Notes: generated by a model not told the origin, from the sequence alone. A DNA stretch of 59,889 bases from an uncultured Candidatus Bathyarchaeia archaeon (GCA_964549795.1 CAZJVZ010000001.1:1-59889); one strand, 5' to 3'. Positions 1 through 9,809 are shown, counted from the first letter of the stretch. Numbers and translations: made by a program.

Positions 1-78
1 AACTCGACGTTATGGGGATCCTCAACGCGAGAGTTGTCAGTTTCGGTCGATACGGTAGAACCAAGAAGATAAGACTCG

Positions 79-762
79 GTGTTTCGCCTAGGGTTGTCGT
101 TGAAACGTATTCGGAGGATACCCTCGTCGGACGACTGTTCGGTCACGTCACGAAGTCTCTTCAGAAGCAGCGCGCGCCGTGAGCGTAGAGCCGTTGGCAT
201 AGACGACGGTCCGTCAACGCTATCCTCAGAACGGACGAAGCCGCGTCATGGGTTCGCATCTCTAATTGCAGTCTGGTTTGCCGGACTAGCGATCGATGAT
301 ATGCGCATCGGTGTCGCGCAGGTGGACGGCGTGGACACTACGGATGTGATTCTCCGGCTCATGTCGAAAAGACGAGCCGATGTGGTCTTCCTTTCAGGAG
401 TATCCTATGCAGGATTCAACATCGTCGACGCCGGCAGGCTCCACAGGGTGCTGCGTGTTCCCGTGATCATCATCTCACGGGAAAGACCTAACAATCCCTC
501 CGTTAGACGAGCGCTCAAGAAGCATTTCGCAGACTGGAAGATGCGATGGGACTTGGTGCGTAGGCTTGGGGGAATTCACTCGTATTCCCCTACGTCTGTT
601 GATGCACCTTTGTATTTTGAAGCGATCGGTATCTCCGACATAGATGCCAAGAAGACCATCCAAACGTACTGTATCACTTCAAGGGTTCCTGAACCGATCC
701 GTGTTGCCGGGATAGTAGCTAAGGGACTGGCTCTCACAGGGAATGAGCTACGCACTCGCTGA
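79..762 (+). CDS. DUF99/UPF0215 family protein (archaeal)
   Basis: 227-aa ORF with DUF99-type blocks (GIDDG, VDGVDTT, LSGVSYAGFNIVD, VPVIIISRE, ALKKHFADW, VPEPIRVAG). The first ~35 aa look non-native, so the true start is probably downstream. 15-nt convergent overlap with the next gene. Confidence 0.6.
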   Translation: MFRLGLSLKRIRRIPSSDDCSVTSRSLFRSSARRERRAVGIDDGPSTLSSERTKPRHGFASLIAVWFAGLAIDDMRIGVAQVDGVDTTDVILRLMSKRRADVVFLSGVSYAGFNIVDAGRLHRVLRVPVIIISRERPNNPSVRRALKKHFADWKMRWDLVRRLGGIHSYSPTSVDAPLYFEAIGISDIDAKKTIQTYCITSRVPEPIRVAGIVAKGLALTGNELRTR

Positions 763-2274
763 CATGAAGTCAGTTGCGCTGAGCTTCAGCGTCTCAAGAT
801 TTACAATCGGGAGTATGCCAGGTGTCGGAGTGAGGCCGATGCGCTCCATGTAGCTCGTCTGGGCTTGCCAAGTTCCCGAGTTTACGATCAAGGTTCCGCG
901 ATAGTTCTCATGCGCAAACACATGGATATGCCCTGAATGAAACACATCCGGTGGGTCATCGATTATCAGATGATCAGCACGTGATGGCGCGATCGATGTC
1001 CGGTTGCCATATTCCGGCGCCAAATGCCTACATTTCAGCTGAAGCTCCATCCCCCTCTCCGGGGCACTGAAAGCCATTCCTGGCGCGCTCGTCAGCAAGT
1101 CGTCAAGGCTTCGCCCGTGATGCAGCAAGAAATGGACTCCATGAAGCTCGATGTCGCATGGGTTGCCGAGTGATACCACGGCTCGGGCCTCGTAAACGGG
1201 CTCGGCGAACTCTTTGGAGATTGCCGGTTGAGGAAGTGCCTGCCTGACTCCATCGTGGTTACCTGGAATCAGAATGAGATCCATGTGTCCAGGTATCTGC
1301 TCGACGAATTTGGCCGCGAACCTGTACTGCTCATAGATGTCAGGAATGCTTAGTTCTTCCTCTTGGCGCGGGTACACTCCTATTCCGTCCACTAGGTCTC
1401 CTGCAATGATCACATACTTCGTCTGGTGTGCAACCCGCACCTGTTGAGGTGTTCCCGTCTTGCCGTTCAGCCAGAGAATCGCTCGTTTGAACACATCTTC
1501 CAGGAATTTCTTGCTGCCTACGTGGATGTCGGAGAGAAGAACGGTATAGATTTCCTCTTCCGCTCCGCGCGGTTTCCTTTCTGGGATATCTGGGAGTATG
1601 ATCCTCTCGGCGACCAGGAGATCGCTTCGGCTTCTCACAGCGTCGATGCAAACCACTTGATCGAGCGGTGTCCTCATCGCCATTTCGTGGAGTTGACGAT
1701 CGCGATCCGTTTGGATCAGAACAGTCGCCGTGTCCTCAAGATCGTCTATTGTGAGGAACAGTCTGTTTCCTCGTTCTCGCTTATCCATTATCATCGCGAT
1801 GGTTTTGACGCGTTCGCCAGGCTGGGCACAAAGGGCATTCGAGATCGTGCCAGCGTCTCTTGCGTCCGTTCTCCTTTGCAGGATCTCCCGCAGCTTCGTG
1901 AATCTATCGCGAAAGTGAAGACTGAACTCTTCGACTGATCCCGCGAAACCCTCGGCGGTTGACGGGTCCCTCAGAACTTTGATTTTGCTTTCGACTTGGG
2001 CTGCAAGGGGAACTGCGGCTCTGACTGATTCTTGGATCTGCATGTCTTGTGCCGGTGGGCGTAACCGATTGATCGCCTGCTCTGCCGTGTTGCGGTCGAT
2101 TAGGCGCGGTCCCTCCGTATTCCTTTGTGCTGCAGTTAGTAGCTCGTCGGTCAGTCTATTGATGTCGAACTGGTTTGCCGAGGTGCGGAGAAGATCGAAA
2201 GCGTCTGTGTTGAGCTGCCATCCTGCAGAGACCAAGCGCTGCACGATTTGCCTGAAATGGTCTTGGATCTGCAT
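748..2274 (-). CDS. polB: DNA polymerase II (PolD) small subunit DP1
   Basis: 508 aa. C-terminal calcineurin-like phosphoesterase motifs (LSDIHVGS, AGDLVDG, PGNHD, HSGHIHV) and overall architecture typical of the archaeal PolD small subunit. TAG stop. Confidence 0.9.
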   Translation of the reverse strand: MQIQDHFRQIVQRLVSAGWQLNTDAFDLLRTSANQFDINRLTDELLTAAQRNTEGPRLIDRNTAEQAINRLRPPAQDMQIQESVRAAVPLAAQVESKIKVLRDPSTAEGFAGSVEEFSLHFRDRFTKLREILQRRTDARDAGTISNALCAQPGERVKTIAMIMDKRERGNRLFLTIDDLEDTATVLIQTDRDRQLHEMAMRTPLDQVVCIDAVRSRSDLLVAERIILPDIPERKPRGAEEEIYTVLLSDIHVGSKKFLEDVFKRAILWLNGKTGTPQQVRVAHQTKYVIIAGDLVDGIGVYPRQEEELSIPDIYEQYRFAAKFVEQIPGHMDLILIPGNHDGVRQALPQPAISKEFAEPVYEARAVVSLGNPCDIELHGVHFLLHHGRSLDDLLTSAPGMAFSAPERGMELQLKCRHLAPEYGNRTSIAPSRADHLIIDDPPDVFHSGHIHVFAHENYRGTLIVNSGTWQAQTSYMERIGLTPTPGILPIVNLETLKLSATDFMSASA

Positions 2275-2353
2275 CTAGCCGCCTTCTCTTCGGAGTTTCA
2301 GAAGCGTGTCCAGTCTCTAGATGCTGTCGTAGGCATCTTAAACAGAGCGGTAG

Positions 2354-3388
2354 ATGCTCGTGATCACTTCATTAAGCAGTCCTCACGCAACGATTGGTGG
2401 CGTTGAAGTAGGCTTGGATCTCCGCCGGCTTCAGAGGACATCAGACGGAACGTATTTTGTGACACTGCCGAAGGCTTGGGTCGTGAGGAACAAGCTTGAG
2501 AAAGGTGCTGTGTTGAGTTTCTCTGAACGCAAGGACGGCAAGATCCTCGCTGAACCATATGGGGCGCAACAGCGCAAGATGGCTACCGTGACACTGACGC
2601 CAAGTCCGTTGTTGCAGCGCGAGATCGAGGAGAAGTATCTGCTCGGATATGATGTGTTCGAGGTTGTCTCTCAACAGGCTATCCACGTAGACACGCGGGA
2701 GGCGGTGAGGAGGATCGCCAGGAGTTTGGTTGGCTTGGAGATTGTGGAGGAGGACGCGAAGAAAATCATTGTCCAGTGCCTGATTGAGCCCTCCCTTCTG
2801 TTTCCGGACCGGATCCTGCGGAGACTGCACTTGATCACATTAGGAATGCAGAAGGATGCTATCTCGTCGTTTTCACGGGGTGATGCAAAGCTGGCGAATA
2901 CGGTCGTCGAGCGCGATGAAGATGTTGACAGGCTGTATTTCCTGCTCGTGAGAGTTGTCAGAGCTGCTCTCACTGATCCGGCGATCGCTGACAAGCTGGG
3001 AACAAACCCCATAGATTGCTTGGACTACAGGATTCTTGCAAGCCTTGTCGAGAAGTTCGCTGATCATGCCACTTCCATCGCAGAGAGTACTTGGCCGCGA
3101 CCAAGGGGCAGACCGGCGGACGGTACTCTCCGGAGTATTGAGAGGGCAGGTGATGCCCTCAACCGTATGCACAAAGAGGCGGTTGAGGCCGTCTTCGCAA
3201 GGAACCTAGCTCTCGCCCAAGAAGTGGCCAGACTGTACGACGAGGCCAGAACGAACATCAAGACGGCGGAACGGGGATTGGTCAACGCAAGACCAGAGAC
3301 GATCGATCATCTGACCACAGTCATATCCGCCCTCAAAGCGATGTCGGAAACAAACGTCGACATCGCAGATCTAGCCGCTACTCGGTAG
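2354..3388 (+). CDS. PhoU-family phosphate uptake regulator with N-terminal AbrB/SpoVT domain
   Basis: 344 aa. N-terminal SpoVT/AbrB-like segment (YFVTLPKAWVVRNKLEKGAVL) followed by two PhoU-like helical repeats (RDEDVDRLYF...). Confidence 0.75.
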   Translation: MLVITSLSSPHATIGGVEVGLDLRRLQRTSDGTYFVTLPKAWVVRNKLEKGAVLSFSERKDGKILAEPYGAQQRKMATVTLTPSPLLQREIEEKYLLGYDVFEVVSQQAIHVDTREAVRRIARSLVGLEIVEEDAKKIIVQCLIEPSLLFPDRILRRLHLITLGMQKDAISSFSRGDAKLANTVVERDEDVDRLYFLLVRVVRAALTDPAIADKLGTNPIDCLDYRILASLVEKFADHATSIAESTWPRPRGRPADGTLRSIERAGDALNRMHKEAVEAVFARNLALAQEVARLYDEARTNIKTAERGLVNARPETIDHLTTVISALKAMSETNVDIADLAATR

Positions 3389-3941
3389 ACCGATGTCGTT
3401 TTCGTTTCCGATGTTGCCCTACGTGTGTGGCTAGATAGTAGAGCGCGCAGATCGTCTTCGCGTCTTGGACCGCACCCTTCTCTATTGCCTTCAAACCATC
3501 ATTCAAGCGGATAGTTCGAGTGGTAATTGCTTCATCCTCTTCGGGCTGGGCTTCCGTCCGGGCTAAGCCACCTGCAACGAAGAAGTGTATCCTCTCTGTG
3601 CTATACCCAGGTGCTAGATAGCAGGAGAATGCTTTCCGGATCCGCCGGGCAGAGTATCCAGTCTCTTCGACCAGTTCCCTCTTCGCGCATGAGACGGGGC
3701 TTTCGCCCTTCTCAAGCGTTCCAGCAGGGATCTCCAGCAGCTGCCTGCCAGCCGCGATTCGATATTGTTTCGTGACAACGATTCTCTGGTCGTCCAAGAG
3801 AGGGATGATTGCGACAGCCCCCGGATGTTCGACGACCTCTCTGGTTGTCTCCAAGCCATTCGGGAGTCTCACTTTGGCAACTCGCAGGCTAAGCAGCTTC
3901 CCCCTGTATGGATAGCGTTTGCTGGTGACCAGTTCAGTCAT
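3378..3941 (-). CDS. NUDIX hydrolase (ADP-ribose pyrophosphatase-like)
   Basis: 187 aa. Nudix box GTLEKGESPVSCAKRELVEETGY. Confidence 0.85.
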   Translation of the reverse strand: MTELVTSKRYPYRGKLLSLRVAKVRLPNGLETTREVVEHPGAVAIIPLLDDQRIVVTKQYRIAAGRQLLEIPAGTLEKGESPVSCAKRELVEETGYSARRIRKAFSCYLAPGYSTERIHFFVAGGLARTEAQPEEDEAITTRTIRLNDGLKAIEKGAVQDAKTICALYYLATHVGQHRKRKRHRSTE

Positions 3942-4068
3942 GTTGCTCAGGCTTCACGTATGGGGGAGCAATATAGATCCAACTACAGAGGCGAATTGTC
4001 CCAACGAGCGCTCCCAAAAACAGCAGTAAGCGTTCATTAGTACTCATGATTCTGGGCAGAAAGTCGCC

Positions 4069-4431
4069 CTATGCGTTCAGCCATAGAGCATAACGTGCTT
4101 GTCTTTTACAGTGTGAGCATCTGCACACAGGGGTCGGCACGAACTCGGCTGCTATCCATGGTTCAAGGCTGTGTGTTCGGCTTTCAAGGCCGCAGTTTGT
4201 GCAGAAGACTCCTTCTAGGGTCCATGCCAGCTTCTCTGAGCCACACTCACAGGGTTCCTCTTCAAACTCTAGGTCAGCCTTTGATATTCTCACAACTCGT
4301 TTGAGGAACTTCTCGCGGTAGTACCGTCTTCGTTTCCACATCAGGTAGCATTCGTGAGAGCAGACGCGTCGTGGCCTGCCGAACGTGTAAGGAATTTCCT
4401 TTCCACAGACGACACAAGCCACGTTGGCCAT
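4069..4431 (-). CDS. Hypothetical Cys-rich zinc-ribbon protein
   Basis: 120 aa with several CxxC pairs (CVVCG, CSHEC, CECG, CTNCG, CSHC). No recognisable family. Confidence 0.4.
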   Translation of the reverse strand: MANVACVVCGKEIPYTFGRPRRVCSHECYLMWKRRRYYREKFLKRVVRISKADLEFEEEPCECGSEKLAWTLEGVFCTNCGLESRTHSLEPWIAAEFVPTPVCRCSHCKRQARYALWLNA

Positions 4432-4722
4432 GGATGATCTCCGTCTCGTTGGACTGGATCTTTCGCTTGCATGCGGGCATGTCTTAAGCCTATTCCAGTG
4501 CCAATGAAGCCACGGCAGGCGCTTAGTTTCGGAGGGTATGTGAGCATGCCGACCTGACTATGCGTCTGGGTCGCAGCATCTTCAGTCGTGTCTAGTCTAG
4601 GGTCCAAAAATCCCACATGAACCGATACATTTGCGCGAGAAGATAGAATGGGGAACAGACAGAACTGTTGAAAGAAGGGTATTAGGGTTCAGGTGGCGTG
4701 CGCCGGGATTCATTAGAGAACG

Positions 4723-4730
4723 ATATTTAT
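4723..4730 (+). promoter_or_regulatory. TATA-box-like element upstream of tRNA-Ser
   Basis: ATATTTAT lies 25-32 nt upstream of tRNA position 1 (4755), the canonical archaeal TATA distance. A purine-rich BRE-like AGAGAACG sits immediately upstream. Confidence 0.5.
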
Positions 4731-4785
4731 GCGTGGTATGTATCCGGTCGTGTAGCCCGGGTTGCCGAGCCAGGTACGGCGACAG

Positions 4786-4817
4786 AGCCTATGCGTATCG
4801 GTGCGCTGGGCGTTGAA
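4786..4817 (+). other. tRNA intron 1 (32 nt, non-canonical position 30/31)
   Basis: Well-formed hBHBh' motif. Central 4-bp helix CGAC(4780-4783)/GTTG(4812-4815). 3-nt bulges AGA(4784-4786) and AAC(4816-4818). Inner helix GCCTA(4787-4791)/TGGGC(4807-4811), extended by GCG/CGC. Cleavage after the 2nd bulge nt yields a perfect anticodon stem. Confidence 0.7.
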
Positions 4818-4824
4818 CCTCGAG

Positions 4825-4847
4825 ATCGCAAAGAATCGGACCAAGCA
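4825..4847 (+). other. tRNA intron 2 (23 nt, canonical position 37/38)
   Basis: Needed to join loop CUCGAG to A-GCUGU. The boundary is ambiguous by one A (4825-4847 or 4826-4848). Relaxed BHB: central helix CTCG/CAAG has one C-A mismatch and the inner helix is weak. Confidence 0.55.
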
Positions 4848-5016
4848 AGCTGTTGGTCCTTTGGGCCGCGTGGGTTCGAATCCCACCCCGGGCGCCTTTC
4901 ACTAGCTGAGAGCCATGGCCTGACAAGAACGGCCACGGCGTGTCCATCGACCTTCGTCAACGCATGGGTGCAGAGGCTTTTATCGCAGCAAGGGTCGAAC
5001 ATCAAGTGAAATCACG

Positions 5017-6030
5017 TTGACCCTGCTTGCGCTCTCTCGGATTGGTCTCTATCTGCGGGGGCATAAGCGGACCGCGATCTTCGCCATCACGTGTGCATGC
5101 AATTGTCAGTGCACGATGTGTAACATGCATCGACTGGACCCGGCCTATCTCCCGTTGGACGATGGCGTGCGCTTGCTCCAGTTTCTCTATGACGCCAGAT
5201 TCATGGTCGTGTATTTCACCGGCGGCGAGCCCACGCTTCATCCCAATCTCATTCCACTAATCAGGCACGCGAAGCAACTGGGGCTGGTCACTTCCGTGAC
5301 AACGAACGGCACCTCATCTCAAGACATCTTGGGGCAATTGCGAGACGCCGGACTAGACGTGCTCAGTGTTTCCCTTGATCACTGGGACAATGAAGCCTGT
5401 GAGCGTCTACGAGGCCACCGCCAGATCCAGGCTAAGCAGGAAGCAAAGCTGCGCTACGCCAAGCAGATCGGGTTACGAACCTACGCGCTTACCTACCTGA
5501 ACCCACTGCTCTGCGATGACGGAGCCATTCAGACGTTCGTTGAATACGTGGACAGCAAGCTCGATATTCCCGTGGCTTTCTGTTTTCCGACTACATCCGA
5601 CGAGAACACCTACCGTCTGTGTGGTGTAGGCTCCGAAGCAGATTATTCCAAACTCTATCGGACTATTGACACGATTCTCCAATTGAAGCGCGATGGTCAC
5701 CGTATTCTGAATCCAACCGTTTATCTCGAAGATATCATGCGATTTCTGCAAGGGAAACCGCCCGCGATCTACTGTAAGGGCGGAGAAGACGTCGTCTACA
5801 TCGACTGGCTAGGAAACACATACCCCTGCTTCCTACGACCGAAGCTCTTCAATGCACTAGAGGATGAGCCCCGCTTTCTCCAGCACGTTCAGTGCAATGA
5901 CTGTGTCGTCAACTGTTTTCGAGAACCCTCTATCTTCGCTCAGTTCCCCAGGCGGTCAATGTTTGTTTTCCGCGAGTATCCGACCCTGTCCTTTCTCTTC
6001 GGCGAACATCGATCCTCCCCCGGATCCTAG
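5017..6030 (+). CDS. Radical SAM domain protein
   Basis: 337 aa, TTG start. CxxxCxxC cluster motif (CNCQCTMC), then FTGGEPTLHP and a Cys-rich C-terminal segment (CNDCVVNC). Confidence 0.8.
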   Translation: MTLLALSRIGLYLRGHKRTAIFAITCACNCQCTMCNMHRLDPAYLPLDDGVRLLQFLYDARFMVVYFTGGEPTLHPNLIPLIRHAKQLGLVTSVTTNGTSSQDILGQLRDAGLDVLSVSLDHWDNEACERLRGHRQIQAKQEAKLRYAKQIGLRTYALTYLNPLLCDDGAIQTFVEYVDSKLDIPVAFCFPTTSDENTYRLCGVGSEADYSKLYRTIDTILQLKRDGHRILNPTVYLEDIMRFLQGKPPAIYCKGGEDVVYIDWLGNTYPCFLRPKLFNALEDEPRFLQHVQCNDCVVNCFREPSIFAQFPRRSMFVFREYPTLSFLFGEHRSSPGS

Positions 6031-6118
6031 TCGCTCGCACGCTCTTCATCCCCGCGTCCAGCGCATCATCCCTCTAGTTGTGGGCGAGCGTGACAGTCCC
6101 ACAGGGCCGATCCGGGCC

Positions 6119-7153
6119 TTAGCGGACCTGCGGGTAAGCAAGTGTTCGGTTGAAGAGTAGCATTGCGATCCAATTGATTAGATTGTAGATTGTTAGGTAC
6201 GCGTAACCATACTTCTCGATTCTCCTCAAAGATGTGTACGCAACCATCTTGGGATCGAAGAGAATCTGGCCTTGGTGCCTCACCCTTAGGCTAAGCATAA
6301 CGTCTTCCAAGATGACTCGATTCTCATCGAATCCTCCAGCATTCCAGAACGCTCCTCTCCGGTAGGCGCAGTTGAACCCGGCAACGTGGGGGCGTCCAAG
6401 TCTCAGCGAGAAACGCTGCACCCAACCGGTCGCAACGTGATAGGCAATCCGGTCTAGGTGTGTTCCTTCATACGGAAGCGTCGGGCCAGTCACACCGACA
6501 GCTCCCGGTTCCGAATACAAGGTTCGACTGATCTCTTCAAGCCATTCTTCGCACGCGATAGTATCGGCGTCTACGAAAGCTAGTATGTCGCCGTCTGCTT
6601 GTTTCGCTCCAATGTTGCGCGCGGCTCCCACTGGCCGAGCTGGCTCCACGAGAACCTTGTTAGCATATTCTTTCGCGACTTGGATCGTGCGATCCGTGCT
6701 TCCGCCATCGACGACGATGATTTCTACCGGCTCTTTTCTTGACTGACGAACGAGGGAATTCAGGCATCTTGCGAGATACTTCTCTTCGTTCAAAGCAGGA
6801 ATCACCACCGAAATGTCACAAGCAGCCACCACCAGCACACTCCTGATCCTCGCTTCAATTGAGACGGTGCGGGGGGCGGTTTCCAGAAATGCCCATTCTC
6901 CTCTGTTAGGTATCTGGGCAATCAGATTCCGAAGAAGCTCTCCTGCGCATCGCAGAGCCGCAATGGTTTGGCTGTGTGCGTCTGTCTCAAGGTGCTGTAG
7001 CAGCCCACTCAATTCGGGAACCAAGATTGGCCAGAAATCTGGCGCCTTCAACACGAAAGCCGCTGACACCCCGACTGCAACAAGCACGACCATGGCTCGC
7101 TCTCCTACTGTTGGTTCCGAAATCCGTTCTGAGAGCGGGCGCTGCCCGGACAT
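6119..7153 (-). CDS. Family 2 glycosyltransferase with N-terminal membrane segment
   Basis: 344 aa. GT2 core (SVVIPALNEEKYLARCLNSL, IIVVDGGSTDRT, FVDADT). The N-terminal ~110 aa contain a hydrophobic helix. Confidence 0.8.
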   Translation of the reverse strand: MSGQRPLSERISEPTVGERAMVVLVAVGVSAAFVLKAPDFWPILVPELSGLLQHLETDAHSQTIAALRCAGELLRNLIAQIPNRGEWAFLETAPRTVSIEARIRSVLVVAACDISVVIPALNEEKYLARCLNSLVRQSRKEPVEIIVVDGGSTDRTIQVAKEYANKVLVEPARPVGAARNIGAKQADGDILAFVDADTIACEEWLEEISRTLYSEPGAVGVTGPTLPYEGTHLDRIAYHVATGWVQRFSLRLGRPHVAGFNCAYRRGAFWNAGGFDENRVILEDVMLSLRVRHQGQILFDPKMVAYTSLRRIEKYGYAYLTIYNLINWIAMLLFNRTLAYPQVR

Positions 7154-7580
7154 TGGAATTGTCCCTCGTGGCCAGGTTTTCCCTAGTCCAGGAAAGGTCT
7201 AGGCGGGTGGCCTCATAAGATTTCTCTCGCGACCCTTGATGGTCAGCCGGTTGGAGGGGTCTTTCGCGAGTCGTTCCTGACGCGCGAATCGGAAAGGGTG
7301 AGCTGCGCAGGGCCTTCCATTCTTATCGGCCTTCTGGTCGCTGATAGGAAAGCAGCCGGTCCCAGCATGGCACGATTTTCCAGGGCCGCCACCACTTTCG
7401 CCATCGTAGAGACCGCCATGTTGAGCTTCTGTTGAAGTGCTTGCACTGGGTGCACGTACAACAAGCGGGGAGTCACGTTCGGCCGCAAGCCATGTCTTCC
7501 GATCGAGTGTTTCATAGGATGGTGAGAATCCCGAAAAGCTCTTACGTCGTCGGAACAGCCGTCATGGCTGGGAAGCGGCC

Positions 7581-9221
7581 TTGCTATCGAAGTCGACGAA
7601 ATTGCGGATTGTGTTCCTTTCGGTGATATTTGTGACCACGTATCTGGCTGGGCCAATGATACCTCAGGTGTACGCATGGAACCTGATCGCGAATCCCGTG
7701 AGTCAGACAACTACGCCAGGCGGTACTGCCACATATTCTATTTCGGTCTTCTACGACGCCGCTGAACCTCCGCTGCCTCCGGTGAGTCTCTTGGTTTCTC
7801 CCCCGGAGATTGGAATGACTGCTGACTTCTTTCCCAACATTGGTATCGTTCCATTTAACTCGGTCATGACGGTGCACGTTGACCCCGCGAAGCCTCTAGG
7901 TGTATACACTCTGGACGTGTGGGCACACCCTGACGGTGTGCCTTTTCCGGGACCCGGCAACAAAGCAATCAATGTGCAGGTCATTGTCCAGGCGGCCGGG
8001 CCAGCGGGGACGGACTGGCAGCTCTCGAACCCCACATTGTCGCCGCCTTCTCCCAACGTGGGTGATCCAGTTATCTTCGAGGTCCTTCTTGTGGCGTTGG
8101 CGTCAGCCCAGCCCTTTCCGCAGAGTCTCTCAATCGTTGCGCGGTTGGATGGCGTAATCATAAGCGGCGGCTCCGTCAACTATCCCGGGCCCGTAGGCAC
8201 CATGGCGACAGTTTCCTCCATGCCCGCATGGACGGCCACGGCGGGCACTCACACGATCAGTTGGAGTATTGGTCCAAGTGTCTTAGATCCCAACCCGGCG
8301 AACAACGAGGTTTCCCGAACGTTCTCAGTCGGGGCGCCTCCGGCTCAATTCGACTTTGAAGTACTGGCATCACCCAATGAGCAGACAGTCACACCCGGAA
8401 GCAGCGTCAGCTACACGATTACCGCGAATCTGCTCTCTGGATCCACGCAGAATGTTGTTCTGACTGTTTCTGGGGAACCTGGAGGAGTCACGAAGTCGTT
8501 CTCCATCTCTTCAGGAAATCCAACTTACTCATCCATACTGACTCTGTCCACATCTTCCTCCGTCTCACCGGGAAGCTACTCGATGACTGTGGCTGGGAGC
8601 GGCGGAGGCAAGACACGGACAGTGACGATCAGATTGATTGTCTCACAGGCGAAGGATTTTCGAATCGACATCAGCCCACCAACTCAGACCATCAGCCAGG
8701 GCCAAGTCACGTCGTATTCCCTTAGTATTGCCGGACTGAACGGGTTCAATTCCCCGGTCTCGCTAGCACTCAGCGGTCTGCCTACGGGTGCAAGCTACGC
8801 GTTCAGTACCCCTTCAGGAACGCCCGATTTCTCCTCAATCCTAACCGTGACTCTTTCGGGCAACGCTCAGACCGGCTCTTTCACGTTGGCAATAACCGGC
8901 TCAGGCGGAGGATTGAACAGAATCGCTAACGTCGTACTGGTAATCCTTCCCGCCAGTCAGACGCAAACACAGACACAAACCCAAGTCACGACCGCAGTGA
9001 CGGGCTTGCTAGAAACGTTGCTCCAGAATAACCTGCTACTGATCGGTGTTGCCATTGTCCTTGCGCTGATCGTTCTTGTGCCGCTTCTTCTGAAGCGAAA
9101 GCCTTCGCATCCACCATCGCCTCCACTGCCCGCGAAACCGTGCCCGAAGTGCGGGAAATCGCTGATGTATGTCAAACAGTATGACAGATGGTACTGCAAT
9201 AGCTGCAAGGAATACAAGTGA
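7581..9221 (+). CDS. Secreted/cell-surface protein with Ig-like repeats, C-terminal TM anchor and cytoplasmic zinc ribbon
   Basis: 546 aa, TTG start, signal-peptide-like N-terminus. CARDB-like segment and two ~85-aa paralogous S/T-rich repeats. (TQ)4 linker at 8958-8984. TM helix LLLIGVAIVLALIVLVPLLL, then CPKCG...YCNSCKEY. Confidence 0.7.
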   Translation: MLSKSTKLRIVFLSVIFVTTYLAGPMIPQVYAWNLIANPVSQTTTPGGTATYSISVFYDAAEPPLPPVSLLVSPPEIGMTADFFPNIGIVPFNSVMTVHVDPAKPLGVYTLDVWAHPDGVPFPGPGNKAINVQVIVQAAGPAGTDWQLSNPTLSPPSPNVGDPVIFEVLLVALASAQPFPQSLSIVARLDGVIISGGSVNYPGPVGTMATVSSMPAWTATAGTHTISWSIGPSVLDPNPANNEVSRTFSVGAPPAQFDFEVLASPNEQTVTPGSSVSYTITANLLSGSTQNVVLTVSGEPGGVTKSFSISSGNPTYSSILTLSTSSSVSPGSYSMTVAGSGGGKTRTVTIRLIVSQAKDFRIDISPPTQTISQGQVTSYSLSIAGLNGFNSPVSLALSGLPTGASYAFSTPSGTPDFSSILTVTLSGNAQTGSFTLAITGSGGGLNRIANVVLVILPASQTQTQTQTQVTTAVTGLLETLLQNNLLLIGVAIVLALIVLVPLLLKRKPSHPPSPPLPAKPCPKCGKSLMYVKQYDRWYCNSCKEYK

Positions 9222-9413
9222 CACTCCGCCGCAGGACTCAGAAACAGTAGCATTGGGTACGCACTGGTAGTCTACATCCTCCGCGAATCAGCGAAGTGGC
9301 ATGTCGACATTGTCTGAGCTCTTCCGGCGCAGGCAGGATACCGGCGAGGCTGAGAAGTGAAAGAGCATGGAGTATCCTGTATGCACGCAACACAACTAGG
9401 AATAGTCCGGTTG

Positions 9414-9809
9414 CTACAGGATCAGTTGTCCGTACGAGATCAGGTCTTTCATTGTGACGATGCCGGCAAGCCTACCGTCCTTCTCAACAATGGGCAAATG
9501 GCGTATGCTGTTTCGTCTCATGTGTGCGTAGGCCTCTTCCACGGGCGCCTGTGGTGTACATGTCACAGCAGGGCTCTTCATGACATCCTTCACGAGGGTC
9601 CGGTTAGGGTCATGTCCTGACGCGGCACATCTCACCAAGTCACTCTCGGTCACTATTCCGACAACCTTCTCTTGGTCAACCACAACGACGCAGCCAATCT
9701 TCCTCTCAAGCATAGTCTTTGCAGCATTGACCAAGAGATCGGAAGATCTCGCAGTGGCAACCTCTTTGTTCATGATTTCCTCGATTTGATCGAGAATTCG
9801 TGGAAACAT
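9414..9809 (-). CDS. CBS-pair domain protein
   Basis: 131 aa with two CBS motifs (IGCVVVVD..., IRHLPIVEKDGRLAGIVTMKDL). Confidence 0.85.
   Translation of the reverse strand: MFPRILDQIEEIMNKEVATARSSDLLVNAAKTMLERKIGCVVVVDQEKVVGIVTESDLVRCAASGHDPNRTLVKDVMKSPAVTCTPQAPVEEAYAHMRRNSIRHLPIVEKDGRLAGIVTMKDLISYGQLIL

Larger units (their letters stand above)
4755..4894 (+). tRNA. tRNA-Ser(CGA), class II, with two predicted introns
   Basis: 7-bp acceptor GCCCGGG/CCCGGGC. D arm GCCG-AGCCAGGTA-CGGC. T arm GTGGG-TTCGAAT-CCCAC. Variable arm GGTCC-TTT-GGGCC. G73 discriminator, no encoded CCA. Removing the two introns gives anticodon arm ACAGC-CUCGAGA-GCUGU. Mature length 85 nt. Confidence 0.8.

Noticed and set aside
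7243-7710. 155-aa minus-strand ORF in the 430-nt spacer upstream of the surface-protein gene
   Set aside because: It is mostly S/R/P-rich and overlaps the signal-peptide region of the + strand gene. Only a short helical-looking stretch (LQQKLNMAVSTMAKVVAALENRAML) is protein-like, which is insufficient.
8958-8984. ACN-CAR repeats and the (CA)5 tract at 39810-39819 as CRISPR-like or microsatellite loci
   Set aside because: The first simply encodes a (TQ)4 linker inside a surface protein. The second is a 10-nt simple tract. There are no repeat-spacer periodicity and no cas genes anywhere in the window.
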